Source: Cyanobacteriota bacterium (GTDB taxonomy: Bacteria > Cyanobacteriota > Cyanobacteriia > SKYG9). From it: a stretch of 58,198 bases of DNA. The stretch covers positions 1-58,198 of the forward strand of contig JANWZG010000001.1 of the NCBI GenBank assembly GCA_025054735.1, in the 5' to 3' direction. Each line of letters opens with the position of its first letter. Position 1 is the first letter of the stretch. The notes beneath the pieces are model-generated. The model was not told the origin of the DNA. It did not search any database and saw nothing but the letters and a program-made list of their open reading frames with translations. Shown here piece by piece: positions 10,551 to 20,717 of the stretch. Both the position numbers and the translations under genes were made by a program.

Positions 10551-12881
10551 TTAGCTATCAATAGACAGGGTGCTGGAATCTTGGGTGACGCGACCGAGTT
10601 CAGGCAGCTTCCAGCTAATTTCTCGATCGCCAATCTGGATTGTCTCTGGAATTTCCAAACTCTTTGCCTTTTGGGGATGGTTGGCAATAATACCCAAGAT
10701 AGGTAAATGATATTTCTCTAACTGTTTAATTACCTTGTTGACTGCCGAGCGTTTGGTTTCTCGCACAGCAACTACCATCAAGATGCCATCTGTGTAAGTT
10801 GCCAAGAAGTTAGCATCCAGAGGGCCTAGTAGGTCAGGAGTATCATAAATAACAAGATCAAACTGTTCTTCTAGGCGTTTTCTGAGGGTTTGCATTTGAG
10901 CCGAAGCCAGCAGCTTGGCAGAACCAGGAATAGCCCGACCAGAGGGCATGACATAGAGGTTTTCTGCCACAGGCGACTGTTGAATCAGGTAACTGGGTTC
11001 GACCTGATCCACTAGAAAATCACTCAGCCCTTTGGCGTTGGAAATATTCAGGCGATCGTGAATATCGGGCAGGCGCATGTTAGCATCCACCAGCAGAACC
11101 CGTTGACCCATGCTAGCTGCTGCCTGGGCTAAATGTAGCGCTACAGTTGACTTGCCATCTCCAGAAGATGCAGAACAAATAGCTACCGATCGGGGTGGAT
11201 TAAAAAACAACAGCTTTAGGTTGCCATAGAGTGTATCAAAAGCATTAAGAAAACTGGCTGTATTTGAAGCAGCTTCTAGATCGTCATCTACCTTAGACAG
11301 ATCTACAGGATCTGAGGAACTAAGTAGGTGTTGATAAAAAGGAATTGACCCCAAGAGTGGGAACGGCAATCCATCTTCCACATCTTCTACGCTGTAGAAA
11401 ATATCGCGGTACATCTCCCAAAGTATGGCCGCACCTACCCCTAACATCAAACCAGCTATCACCCCTAATAGCTGCTTTTTACGGTCAGGAGACTCTGCCA
11501 CCGGATTACCGTTGACATCTCTGGGGATACCTGGCTTGGAAATTAGTTCCCACGGTACTTGACTTTGGGCTGCCTCTACCCGCAGGGTTTCTCGTTGCAC
11601 TAACAGTTGATCTAGGGTGCGCGTAGCAATCTCTAACTGCCGTTGAATTTCAGTATAGCGGCCTGCAATCTCTGGGAATTCCCGCAGACGTGCTTCTAGT
11701 TCCCGCTTGGTTTTGGCAATGTCTTGACTGCGTGCCTCTAGGAGTTGAATCTGTGTAGTAGCGGCAACAAGTTGCTGAATCAATCCCAGCCGCACACTGT
11801 CCTGATAGGCAGTGACTTGGGGATTACTTAACACTCCAGTTAAGCTCTCTCCTGCGATCGCACGAGCCTCGTTTTGCAAGAGAGCTAACAGAGTCTGCTT
11901 TTGCTCTTGCAATGCTTGAATATTAGGGCTATCTGGCTGAAATCGAGTAGAATCAACAGCAATTTGAGTGTCAACAGCAGCTATTTTGGTGATAATTCCC
12001 TGATAGGTGGGATTTTGACTAATGGCAGCCGCAACGACTGCTTCCTGAGGCGAGAATCGTAACTGACTAGTCAGAGAATTGAATAATGTTTGTTGCTCAA
12101 TGAGCTGTCGTTGAGTATCTTGCTGTTGGACAGTAGTTTCGTTCAGCCGAGAAAGCAAGTTTCCGCCTTGGGCAGCCGGGTCAATCATCTGATACTGCTG
12201 TTGGAGTTGCCGCAACTGTTGCTGAAGCCCTGATACCCGTGCTTGTAAGCTTGGAAGTTGGTCTTCAATAAACTTAACCCCTTCACCCAGCCTACTTTTG
12301 CGCTCTTCCAGACTGTACTTTAGGTACTTGCTGGAGACGACCTCTAGTACATGTTGTACTAGGTCAGGGCTGTAGCCCTGATAGGTAACTTGTAAAATTT
12401 TTGTCTGCCCGTTTTCATCAACTCGCTTAACTTCCAAACCCTCTCTCAGGCTACTAGAGTTAAAGTCAGGAAACTTAGTCTTGACCTGTTCGCTAATTTC
12501 TGAAAGGATTTTGGGACTTTTGAGAATCTCTAACTGGGTTGCGTAGTCTAGCTCGGCGTTGGTTTGTGGGCCACCCCTAGCCACTACGGTGGGGTCTGTC
12601 AGCTTGGCCTCGGTCGAGACAGGCTCAACTAGAACTCGAAAGCCACCCGCGTAAATAGGGGGGCCTGGGTCACCTATGATAAACCCTAGTACGCCGACGG
12701 CAAAGGTGACAGAGGCAATGATGATTGAGCGCCGCTTGATAGTACGCAGGTATGGACGGAAGTTTAAGCCTTTTTTGGGTGTTGCAGAGTCATCAAATTC
12801 ACCGTCACTGGCAGGTTCTGGTACTACTTGCCGTGGTTGATAACTTGTCCCTATCGCCTCTACCCCGTTATGAAGTTCCAT
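10551..12881 (-). CDS. Wzc/GumC-like polysaccharide co-polymerase with a C-terminal BY-kinase-type P-loop domain
   Basis: 776 aa. It has a Wzz-like N-terminal part with TM helices and a long coiled-coil periplasmic region. It then has Walker A (SSGDGKST), A' (LLVDANMRLPD) and B (DLVIYDTPD). Confidence 0.85.
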   Translation of the reverse strand: MELHNGVEAIGTSYQPRQVVPEPASDGEFDDSATPKKGLNFRPYLRTIKRRSIIIASVTFAVGVLGFIIGDPGPPIYAGGFRVLVEPVSTEAKLTDPTVVARGGPQTNAELDYATQLEILKSPKILSEISEQVKTKFPDFNSSSLREGLEVKRVDENGQTKILQVTYQGYSPDLVQHVLEVVSSKYLKYSLEERKSRLGEGVKFIEDQLPSLQARVSGLQQQLRQLQQQYQMIDPAAQGGNLLSRLNETTVQQQDTQRQLIEQQTLFNSLTSQLRFSPQEAVVAAAISQNPTYQGIITKIAAVDTQIAVDSTRFQPDSPNIQALQEQKQTLLALLQNEARAIAGESLTGVLSNPQVTAYQDSVRLGLIQQLVAATTQIQLLEARSQDIAKTKRELEARLREFPEIAGRYTEIQRQLEIATRTLDQLLVQRETLRVEAAQSQVPWELISKPGIPRDVNGNPVAESPDRKKQLLGVIAGLMLGVGAAILWEMYRDIFYSVEDVEDGLPFPLLGSIPFYQHLLSSSDPVDLSKVDDDLEAASNTASFLNAFDTLYGNLKLLFFNPPRSVAICSASSGDGKSTVALHLAQAAASMGQRVLLVDANMRLPDIHDRLNISNAKGLSDFLVDQVEPSYLIQQSPVAENLYVMPSGRAIPGSAKLLASAQMQTLRKRLEEQFDLVIYDTPDLLGPLDANFLATYTDGILMVVAVRETKRSAVNKVIKQLEKYHLPILGIIANHPQKAKSLEIPETIQIGDREISWKLPELGRVTQDSSTLSIDS

Positions 12882-13193
12882 CGCAACCTCTGCATGAAAA
12901 ACATCCTGACGAACTCAGCCTTACACCCTTTGGCGATCGTTGAGTACCTCTACGTCATGGCTAGCGCTGTATCAGTACTCATAACATCATAAACATGTAC
13001 CTAAAATCCAGACAAACTCAGACTCTACCTAACGACAGATTATTCATCATTCTTTAAATGGTACTAACATCTAATTGTTCATATGGCAAAGTTTTCGTTA
13101 AATTAACTAAATTTGCTCAAAGAATGTGTAGCTAATTTGCCACTATCTGTCTCCTGAAGCTAAGGATAGTTCTGGTAACGAAAGTCGTGCTGT

Positions 13194-14306
13194 TCACAGG
13201 TCTCGGTAAGATTGGGTGGTTTCTAGGATCAGGCGTTGATCACGGGCACCATTGGGCAAATCATAACGCAGTAGTACAACACCTCGTAGAAGTGTAGCTT
13301 GGGGGGTTAGCCCTAGTTGATCTAACCGTAGGGCTACAAGGGGGATAACTTCTGGTGGGGGGGTTACCGCGCCTGGTGAGCTAGGGAGTAGTCGAGCACC
13401 AACGTTGCTGTAGACTGGAATCCAACGATTATCCTTGCGAGCATAGATTTGGTAAACAGCATTAGCATAGGTAGTTTGAGGCTTGTTGCGAATGGTTAAC
13501 TGTAGGGCGATCGCCGGTCGTCCTTGACTGCTAACCCTGAGCAGGTTCACCGTGCCGCTCCAGTGTTGAGCACCCTTGCCCTGGTCTAGGGGAAATACAG
13601 TGCCTGGAAACAATTGGTTATAAGACTGCTTGAGAGCATTGAACCCTGGCAATGGCTCTTGAAAACTCTGGAACAGGTCGCTGTTGAGAATCTGGTTAAA
13701 TTCCTGCTGAGTTAAGGATTGCACCTGTCCAGGAATGCCCCGGTTGTTAATGGTTACTCGTCGTCCCGGTGTGAGGATGACGGGTGGAGCAGTGGGGCGA
13801 TCGCGGCGCGTCAGGTTCACCTGTCCCTCTAGCACTGTAAACCTTTCGTGCTGTTGTTCGTCTACATCGATCAGGTAAAGGGTGCCTCGCACACCAGCAA
13901 TGTAATTGCGAGTGCAGGCATTGGCAGCGCCATTGACCAATACTTGTCCTTGTTGAACATGCACACACTGGTTGCCTACGGTGAGCACAGCGTTTGTGCC
14001 TAAGCGCCCGATCGCTCCAGTGTTAAAGCGAAGACTGGCTCTAGCCTGCCCTGTGCGAATCCGCTCGCCCGATCGGGCAATGTCGCGCACCTGCGCTAAC
14101 CGGTTTTGGATATACACTTGATTACTTTGCAGAATTTCGGTGATAGTAGCTTGGGTGATGGTTCTGCTCTGAGCAAAGGCAGGAAGACTGTGCAGCCCGA
14201 TCGTCAACAGACAACTGCAAACAGCAACCGCTAGCCAGCCTATAACTCGTCCGTACCGGTTATCTAGCCATCGTTTCAGCTTACGTACTGTGAGGTTAGT
14301 CGTCAT
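13194..14306 (-). CDS. FecR-domain secreted/anchored protein
   Basis: The preferred start is ATG 14306, preceded by AGGAGA; the track ORF extends to 14426. It has a signal anchor (IGWLAVAVCSCLLTIGL) and a FecR-like segment (ASLRFNTGAIGRLGTNAVLTVG). Confidence 0.6.
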   Translation of the reverse strand: MTTNLTVRKLKRWLDNRYGRVIGWLAVAVCSCLLTIGLHSLPAFAQSRTITQATITEILQSNQVYIQNRLAQVRDIARSGERIRTGQARASLRFNTGAIGRLGTNAVLTVGNQCVHVQQGQVLVNGAANACTRNYIAGVRGTLYLIDVDEQQHERFTVLEGQVNLTRRDRPTAPPVILTPGRRVTINNRGIPGQVQSLTQQEFNQILNSDLFQSFQEPLPGFNALKQSYNQLFPGTVFPLDQGKGAQHWSGTVNLLRVSSQGRPAIALQLTIRNKPQTTYANAVYQIYARKDNRWIPVYSNVGARLLPSSPGAVTPPPEVIPLVALRLDQLGLTPQATLLRGVVLLRYDLPNGARDQRLILETTQSYRDL

Positions 14307-14739
14307 GGCTTGTCTCCTGTTCAAAACCGTGCAAGGGTACAAAAAGTACAGAACACGTCTATAGATTTGGTGAAGACAGACAGGAACGCCCGGTTCCAGC
14401 AGATGTCCCAGAAAGATAAGTGTCACTAATGGGGTCTAGGGACGATCGTGACTGCGAGGTCAGCAGTACATCAAGGCCAAACCCTGATCAACACAGAACT
14501 GATAGCAGGGAAACTGTAAGTTGTAACACTTTTGTAGTATGACAAGTGAGTCCAATTCTTAGTCCAAGGTTGTAGTACGTTCCCAAGCAAGCATCAGTAA
14601 AATTTATTATTGAAGTGCCCTAACCGACTTGACAATGTGCAATCTTGTGTCACTTGGGGCTAGATCAGGTAATCCACTCCTAAAAACCTGCACTATAATC
14701 ACGGCAATCAAGTTGAGCGTAGCGTTTGAGGATACAGTC

Positions 14740-15069
14740 ATGAACAAGGGCGAATTAGTAGATGCCGTTGCAGGCAAGGTTTCGGTTACGAAGAAAGATG
14801 CAGATGCGATCATCACAGCGATCGTAGACTCGATTATGGAAGCGGTCTCAACTGGCGATCGAGTGACTCTAGTGGGCTTTGGCACCTTCGAAGCTCGCGA
14901 TCGGCAAGCACGAGAAGGGCGCAACCCCCAAACAGGCAAAACTATGACTATCCCAGCTACTCGAGTACCAGCCTTTTCTGCCGGGAAGGTGTTTAAGGAT
15001 AAGGTATTAGAAGCTAGGGATGCTGAAGAAGCTAAAGCAACTAAAGGTAAGGCTAAGGGCAAAAAATAG
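14740..15069 (+). CDS. hup: HU-family nucleoid protein with a Lys/Ala-rich C-terminal tail
   Basis: MNKGELVDAVAGK...FGTFEARDRQAREGRNPQTGKTMTIPATRVPAFSAGKVFKD is canonical HU. The start is placed at ATG 14740; the track ORF starts upstream at 14629. It carries an extra tail, EARDAEEAKATKGKAKGKK. Confidence 0.9.
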   Translation: MNKGELVDAVAGKVSVTKKDADAIITAIVDSIMEAVSTGDRVTLVGFGTFEARDRQAREGRNPQTGKTMTIPATRVPAFSAGKVFKDKVLEARDAEEAKATKGKAKGKK

Positions 15070-15109
15070 GCGATCGTCGCAGAGGCTAGGCAACAGGGGT
15101 AGCGCTTGG

Positions 15110-15129
15110 TGCGGACTGAAGTCCGCACT
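15110..15129 (+). repeat. Perfect hairpin GTGCGGAC-TGAA-GTCCGCAC downstream of hup (same GGACT-NAA-GTCC family; possible terminator stem)
   Basis: 8-bp stem and 4-nt loop read directly. There is no strong U-tract after it. Confidence 0.5.
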
Positions 15130-16013
15130 ACAATTATGGCTTTGGCCCGACAACCAAGTGACTATTTCTTAATCAGGTCATTGTCTGCGAGCAAGTGCTT
15201 TGGCTTTGCTTCGTCGATACGGTTGATGATCCGTTTAGACTCTTCCACATCACGAATTGTCTTAGAAACCAAGTGTGGTTAACCCACGCTGTGGAATGGG
15301 TAGGCCTAGGACTTGGAACTAGCATAATTTTTAATCGCCGTAGGTAAAGTCTCCGGTATGTCTGGTTGATGATTGCATCCTATCCATTGGGTCTGAGAAG
15401 CTACAATGAGCGACTACAAGCTACAGGAGAGTGACGATACTGGTTGAATCGGGGTGAACTAGAGTGAAGAGGGGTGAAGTAAGCTGAGTATAAGCCTTAC
15501 TGCCTGAGGGTATAGATCATGAATAGAGACGAGTTGATTGCTTAGTGACCTCGTCAACAGCAAGAGTCATTAGTTGCTCAGCTAACTCAGCCTATTGGCA
15601 TGACTCGATCACGAGCAGAATGCTTTGTGCGTTTGTGGATATATCGTAAGTCAAGCAACAGCAGGCACAACATCCACAGTTAAAACCACCCTTGTCAGCT
15701 CCACTCGTGCTGTACCCCATCACATGGCCCGACTATTGCGCACTTGGGCTAGTCAATACAGCCGAGGTATAAGGGTGTTGCATCGATCGCTTCCTAGTGC
15801 TGGACATAGAGCAGGCCATAGCATCATTCCGTGATACAGACTACGCCCTGTCAAACAATAGAGTTATCCTTCTTGCTACTCATTGAACTTTCTTGCTACC
15901 TAATTTAGAATAATCTGCTTTCATGGTCTGAAACCGTAAAGCCTGTCATAATCACCACAGGGATTGTTTGCACACTACCGCACTCGAATAACCGTAGCCC
16001 TGAAAATATCGCT

Positions 16014-17492
16014 ATGAGCCATGAAGACCCACTAGAACCGTCTGAGCACGAACCTGTAATAGATAGCTCTGATCATGCCGAGCCATCAGCCACAGCTAGC
16101 TCTCCGGAGGATCAACCCCAAGACTCAGCAACCCAAACTCCTTCTCTAAAACGAAAAGCTGTGATTGGTTCCGTTTGGGCCTTAGCCAATCATGGTGCTA
16201 AACAAGTGTTGCGCCTAGCTAGCAACATCGTGCTTGCTCGACTGCTGTTTCCTGAAGCCTTTGGTTTGATGACCCTGGTACAAACCTTTATGGTTGGTCT
16301 GGAAATGTTTTCAGACTTAGGCATCATGCCTAGCATTATCCAAAACAAGCGTGGTAACGATCCTGCATTCCTCAATACGGCTTGGACGATTCAAGTAATT
16401 CGCGGTTTATGTCTGTCTCTATGTGCCCTTGGACTTGCTCCTCTAGCAGCACAGTTTTACCGAGAACCATTTCTAATGCAGTTGTTGCCTGTGACAGGTC
16501 TACAGGCATTTATCAGTGGGCTGAATTCCACAAAGCTGGCCACAGCTAACCGCAGCCTCATGTTAGGCCGCTTGACTGCGATCGAGATTGGCTCCTATGT
16601 AGTGCAACTAGTCGTTACCATTGTTGCTGCCCTGCTGTATAGATTGAACGGAATTTCTGACTTTCGCGCTGTTTGGTCGCTAGTTCTGGGAGGCTTTGCT
16701 GGTACCGTTGCTCTGATGTTGGGCAGCCACTTTATATTAGAGGGTGAGCAGAATCGCTTCCATTGGGACAAAGAGGCGTTTCATTCCCTTAACCGGTTTG
16801 GACGCTGGATCTTTGTCAGCACAGTGTTTGGTTTCTTTGGCCTCCAGGGCGATCGCCTCATCCTAGGCCGTTTGCTCGATGTCAAAGCCCTGGGAGTTTA
16901 TTCCATTGCCCTTGGCCTCTCCAGTATTGCCATTCAACTGGTTGACCAAGTGAGTAGCAAAGTGTTGTTCCCCTCATACTCTGAATTGATTCGAGAACGC
17001 CCCGAACGCTTGTACCGCAATCTCCGCAAAGCTCGGTTGATCCTAGTTGGGCTGAGTGTTGGTTGTTCTGTGGGTATGGTGCTACTTGGTCGGCTAGCTA
17101 TCCAGATCCTTTATGACAATCGCTATGCAGATGCTGGATGGATCTTGCAAATCTTAGCTGTTGGCCTAATGGCGAGGGCATTGAGTATTACCTATGGTGA
17201 TGCGCTGATGGCAACGGGCAAAACTGTGCTGTTGGCTGTGTTAATCGGCTCTAGTATTACTATTCAGCTTACCTCAATGATTGTAGGTCACCATCTGGGT
17301 GGGTTTCCAGGCTTTGTAGTTGGTATCGCAGCCGCCAACTGGCTAATTTATCTAATGGATGCCACTGTCTTTTCCCGGATCAAGCTTTGGCAACCTGAAA
17401 TTGACCTGCCAGTGGCTGGGCTAGCGATCGTTATGTCCCTTGTTATCTATTTTTGGTCAGCAATCACATCAGTCATAACTGGCTTGCTTTGA
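16014..17492 (+). CDS. Wzx-type oligosaccharide flippase (MOP superfamily)
   Basis: 492 aa with a hydrophilic N-terminal tail and then about 12 TM helices. It has typical polysaccharide-biosynthesis-protein segments (NIVLARLLFPEAFG, LGIMPSIIQ). Confidence 0.75.
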   Translation: MSHEDPLEPSEHEPVIDSSDHAEPSATASSPEDQPQDSATQTPSLKRKAVIGSVWALANHGAKQVLRLASNIVLARLLFPEAFGLMTLVQTFMVGLEMFSDLGIMPSIIQNKRGNDPAFLNTAWTIQVIRGLCLSLCALGLAPLAAQFYREPFLMQLLPVTGLQAFISGLNSTKLATANRSLMLGRLTAIEIGSYVVQLVVTIVAALLYRLNGISDFRAVWSLVLGGFAGTVALMLGSHFILEGEQNRFHWDKEAFHSLNRFGRWIFVSTVFGFFGLQGDRLILGRLLDVKALGVYSIALGLSSIAIQLVDQVSSKVLFPSYSELIRERPERLYRNLRKARLILVGLSVGCSVGMVLLGRLAIQILYDNRYADAGWILQILAVGLMARALSITYGDALMATGKTVLLAVLIGSSITIQLTSMIVGHHLGGFPGFVVGIAAANWLIYLMDATVFSRIKLWQPEIDLPVAGLAIVMSLVIYFWSAITSVITGLL

Positions 17493-17512
17493 ACTGTTAT
17501 TGCTCTGGAATC

Positions 17513-18421
17513 ATGATGACTGCATCTCCAAAGGTTTCTGTTTTGATGCCCATCTATAATGCTGAGAAATACTTGGCAAAGGCACTCAAAAGTGTCCTCA
17601 ATCAAACCTTCACAGATTTTGAGGTGATTGCTATTAATGATGGGTCTACTGATAGTTCTGAAGCCATACTCCACAGATTTGCCCAGCAGGACGATCGCAT
17701 ACGCATCTTCAGTCAGCCTAACCTCGGCCTCATTGATACCCTAAACAGAGGCATCACCTACGTTAACGGACAGTATATCGCCCGCATTGATGCGGATGAT
17801 GTTGCCCTACCAGAGTTGTTTGCTAAACAAGTTGCTTTTTTGGATAGTCACCCAGAGTATGTGGCAGTGGGTACACAGGTGCTCATGATTGATGCGGATG
17901 ATGCTCCCATTAAAGTTCACAATGATGTCATCACCCATGAAGAGATTGATGCTGAGCACCTGCTGGGAAACGGTACTTTTCCCCACTCAGGCGCTATGAT
18001 CCGCCGGGATGCGATCGTAAAGGTTGGTGGTTACCGGGAAGAACTTAAATCAGCAGAAGATATTGACTTGTGGCTACGGCTAGCAGAAATTGGTAAGCTG
18101 TGCAATCTACCAGAGGTGTTACTGAAGTATCGTCTACACCTGAAAAGCATTGGACACAGCAAGCGTAAACAACAAATTGAATCAACTCGCCGACTGATTA
18201 TCGATGCTCACCAGCGACGCGGGTTGCCCGTGCCTGAAAATCCTTATCCTACCGATGACAAGGAAGACTCTATATACGGAACCTATCAACGTTGGGGTTG
18301 GTGGGCAATTCAGGGAAAAAATCTCAAGACAGCACGTAAATATGCATTTCGTGCTCTCTGGAAAAAGCCTTGGTCTTTTGAGTCTTGGAGGCTGCTGTTC
18401 TGTGCCCTGCGGGGATGGTAA
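17513..18421 (+). CDS. Family 2 glycosyltransferase
   Basis: The start is placed at ATG 17513 (MMTASPKVSVLMPIYNAEKYL). It has INDGSTD and RIDADD (DxD) motifs. Confidence 0.85.
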   Translation: MMTASPKVSVLMPIYNAEKYLAKALKSVLNQTFTDFEVIAINDGSTDSSEAILHRFAQQDDRIRIFSQPNLGLIDTLNRGITYVNGQYIARIDADDVALPELFAKQVAFLDSHPEYVAVGTQVLMIDADDAPIKVHNDVITHEEIDAEHLLGNGTFPHSGAMIRRDAIVKVGGYREELKSAEDIDLWLRLAEIGKLCNLPEVLLKYRLHLKSIGHSKRKQQIESTRRLIIDAHQRRGLPVPENPYPTDDKEDSIYGTYQRWGWWAIQGKNLKTARKYAFRALWKKPWSFESWRLLFCALRGW

Positions 18422-18452
18422 GGTTGAGCTTGAACTTGCCTCAGCAGGAGCA

Positions 18453-20591
18453 TTATGGTGACTCAAATGCTTCTAATACGGGTTTGTGAATGCCTTCTCG
18501 AATCAGGGTGTCTCGATCGTTTACCGGAGTCCAGCCTAGTTCGCGCTCGGCCTTGGAGGAGTCAAAGCGGGCAGCAAAGCTGCGACCTTCCCAGTCAGCA
18601 TAGCTGGGCATAGTGGCGTTGGGATCACGCCCGATGCTTTTGATCGCCCATTTCACCAAGGCTTCTAGGTAGTTGCGCCAGCTTGGGGTAGGGATGCGTT
18701 TGAGTTTGATGCCCGCCTTACGCTCAAATTCATCGAGATAGTCATTGGCGGTAATGGTGGTAGGGCTAGTGAGGTTGTAGGATTCACCATCAATGCCAGG
18801 AATGGTAAGGGCCTTGACCATAGCATCGGCAACATCATCAACGAGGACGATCGGCAGGGGATGGTTACCGGATCCCCAAAGGCGACACACGGAGTTGTAG
18901 GGCCATGCACAAACTCCCCAGTGGTGGGGATCGCCCCCAGACCCTAATACAATACCGGGGCGAAAGATAACTACGGATAAGCCTTTGTTTTTGTAGAGTT
19001 GCAGTAGCACGTTCTCGTTTTCGGCCTTGGAGCGGGCGTAGGGGGCTGCTCGTAACAAGCCGGGATGGGGTTTAGTAGCTTCGGTAATGGGGGGCACACC
19101 ACTACCTGCATAGTAGATGGCGATCGATGAGGCATAGAATAAACGCTTCACTCCATGCTTGATGCATAGTTCTCCCACCATGCGGGTTGGCTCTACATCA
19201 AACTTGAGGAATTCAGGCCAAGTTTTGCCATAGCCCCTGGCTAGGTGATAGACGTATTGAATGCCGTCTAGGGCTGCATCTACTGATTCAGCGTTGGTGA
19301 AGTCGCCCTTGGTTAGCTCTACACCCAACTGGCGCAGCTCAGCCGGGCAACTATTGGGATCGCGCACAAGAATGCGGACACCATGCCCCTCTTGGCGTAA
19401 GCGTTTTACTAGGGCTTTGCCAATAAATCCGGTTCCACCAATCACTAGCACTGTGGATGGGGGTGGCGAGGGGGCAATGGCATCGCTGACAGGGGCCGTT
19501 TTTTCTATAACAGGGAATTGGGTTTCTTGGGCAATCCACTCGGCAAGGACAATCGCCTGTTCCCCTAACTCTGGACTGACGCGCTCATCCAAGATTCGCT
19601 TCCAGTTGGTGTAGAAGCTTGCCGTAGCGCGAGTGATGCTATGGGAAAAAGGCCCTGCTATTTTGGAAAGCTTCATCTTGGAGAGCACAAAGTTGGTTAG
19701 GGTTTCCCTAGCCTGCCGAGAGGCATCCCTAGCCATGGTAGTGACGTTGAGGTAGCGATCGACATCTAGAGGATAGGGGGTATGTTCCTGGCGAGTGTAG
19801 GTATTGTTCTCGAAATCTACATGACCAACCCCATTGGTGCCTCGGACGTGGATGTAATGTTCTGAGTAACCATCAATGAAAGAGAAGCGGAGACGAATGC
19901 TGGTGTTGCCTTTCCAACCACGAATTTCCCAGCGGCGATAGAACTCTAGGCCACGGGGCAGGTCTACCCGATCGCGCACATCTACGGCGACGGTATCAGG
20001 CATTCCCAGCAAATGCACCACATGTACAAACGAGTGGGGGGCAACTTCAAACAAAATGTTCTTAGGTGTTTGCAGCATCCAAGCTCCAAAGGGGCCTCCC
20101 TTCAGTTGTCCCAGTTCTTTGTTCCAAATGATGTCTACTTGGTCAATGCGCCCCAGTCGTCCGCTGCGCATATCGGTAACTAGCTGCTCATAGGCAGGAA
20201 AGTAGAGAAAATTGTGACTCACGCCAATAATGCGGTTACGATCAGTCGCCATCTGGCGTAAGGCTTGACAGTCAGCAACCGTATGGCACAGGGGTTTTTC
20301 GATAAACACATCTACCCCAGCTTCCAACACTGGAGCTGCCGTCTTAAAGTGGAGATTGGGGGGCGTGAGCACATGGACTACATCCAGAGGCACTGAAGAC
20401 AGCATGGTGCTCAAGTCATTGTAGACATGGGGAATTCCCTTGGCTTGAGCTAGTTGCTCAGCTAGCCGTTGGTTTAGGTCACAGACGGCTTTTAACTCCG
20501 CTCCTGGAAACGACTGTACCGCCGTCGCGTGGAAATCGGCAATATAGCCAGCACCTAGCAACCCTACCGCAATTTTCTTGCCCTCAGCCAT
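18453..20591 (-). CDS. Fusion protein: Gfo/Idh/MocA oxidoreductase (N-terminal) plus NAD-dependent epimerase/dehydratase SDR (C-terminal)
   Basis: 712 aa. The N-terminal part has IAVGLLGAGYIADFH and VFIEKPL. The C-terminal part has a Rossmann motif (VLVIGGTGFIGKALV) and a YxxxK motif (YARSK). Confidence 0.8.
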   Translation of the reverse strand: MAEGKKIAVGLLGAGYIADFHATAVQSFPGAELKAVCDLNQRLAEQLAQAKGIPHVYNDLSTMLSSVPLDVVHVLTPPNLHFKTAAPVLEAGVDVFIEKPLCHTVADCQALRQMATDRNRIIGVSHNFLYFPAYEQLVTDMRSGRLGRIDQVDIIWNKELGQLKGGPFGAWMLQTPKNILFEVAPHSFVHVVHLLGMPDTVAVDVRDRVDLPRGLEFYRRWEIRGWKGNTSIRLRFSFIDGYSEHYIHVRGTNGVGHVDFENNTYTRQEHTPYPLDVDRYLNVTTMARDASRQARETLTNFVLSKMKLSKIAGPFSHSITRATASFYTNWKRILDERVSPELGEQAIVLAEWIAQETQFPVIEKTAPVSDAIAPSPPPSTVLVIGGTGFIGKALVKRLRQEGHGVRILVRDPNSCPAELRQLGVELTKGDFTNAESVDAALDGIQYVYHLARGYGKTWPEFLKFDVEPTRMVGELCIKHGVKRLFYASSIAIYYAGSGVPPITEATKPHPGLLRAAPYARSKAENENVLLQLYKNKGLSVVIFRPGIVLGSGGDPHHWGVCAWPYNSVCRLWGSGNHPLPIVLVDDVADAMVKALTIPGIDGESYNLTSPTTITANDYLDEFERKAGIKLKRIPTPSWRNYLEALVKWAIKSIGRDPNATMPSYADWEGRSFAARFDSSKAERELGWTPVNDRDTLIREGIHKPVLEAFESP

Positions 20592-20717
20592 TACTTTTCT
20601 CCCTTATGGAACAAAATCTTACCCAATGCTGGTTCATGACTCGCACCCTTGGTTATTGTCTTACGTTGTTCGCTCGATGAATAGAGTGGTTCATTGTCAT
20701 TCATGGTTCGCGATCGC

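Noticed and set aside
15070-16013. A 944-nt non-coding gap containing the track ORF 15625-15834 and a possible 36-codon minus-strand ORF (TTG start, ...TIRDVEESKRIINRIDEAKPKHLLADNDLIKK*).
   Set aside because: No recognisable family, weak starts, and no structure I could defend as a riboswitch or sRNA by eye. It needs RNA-seq or covariance-model searches.
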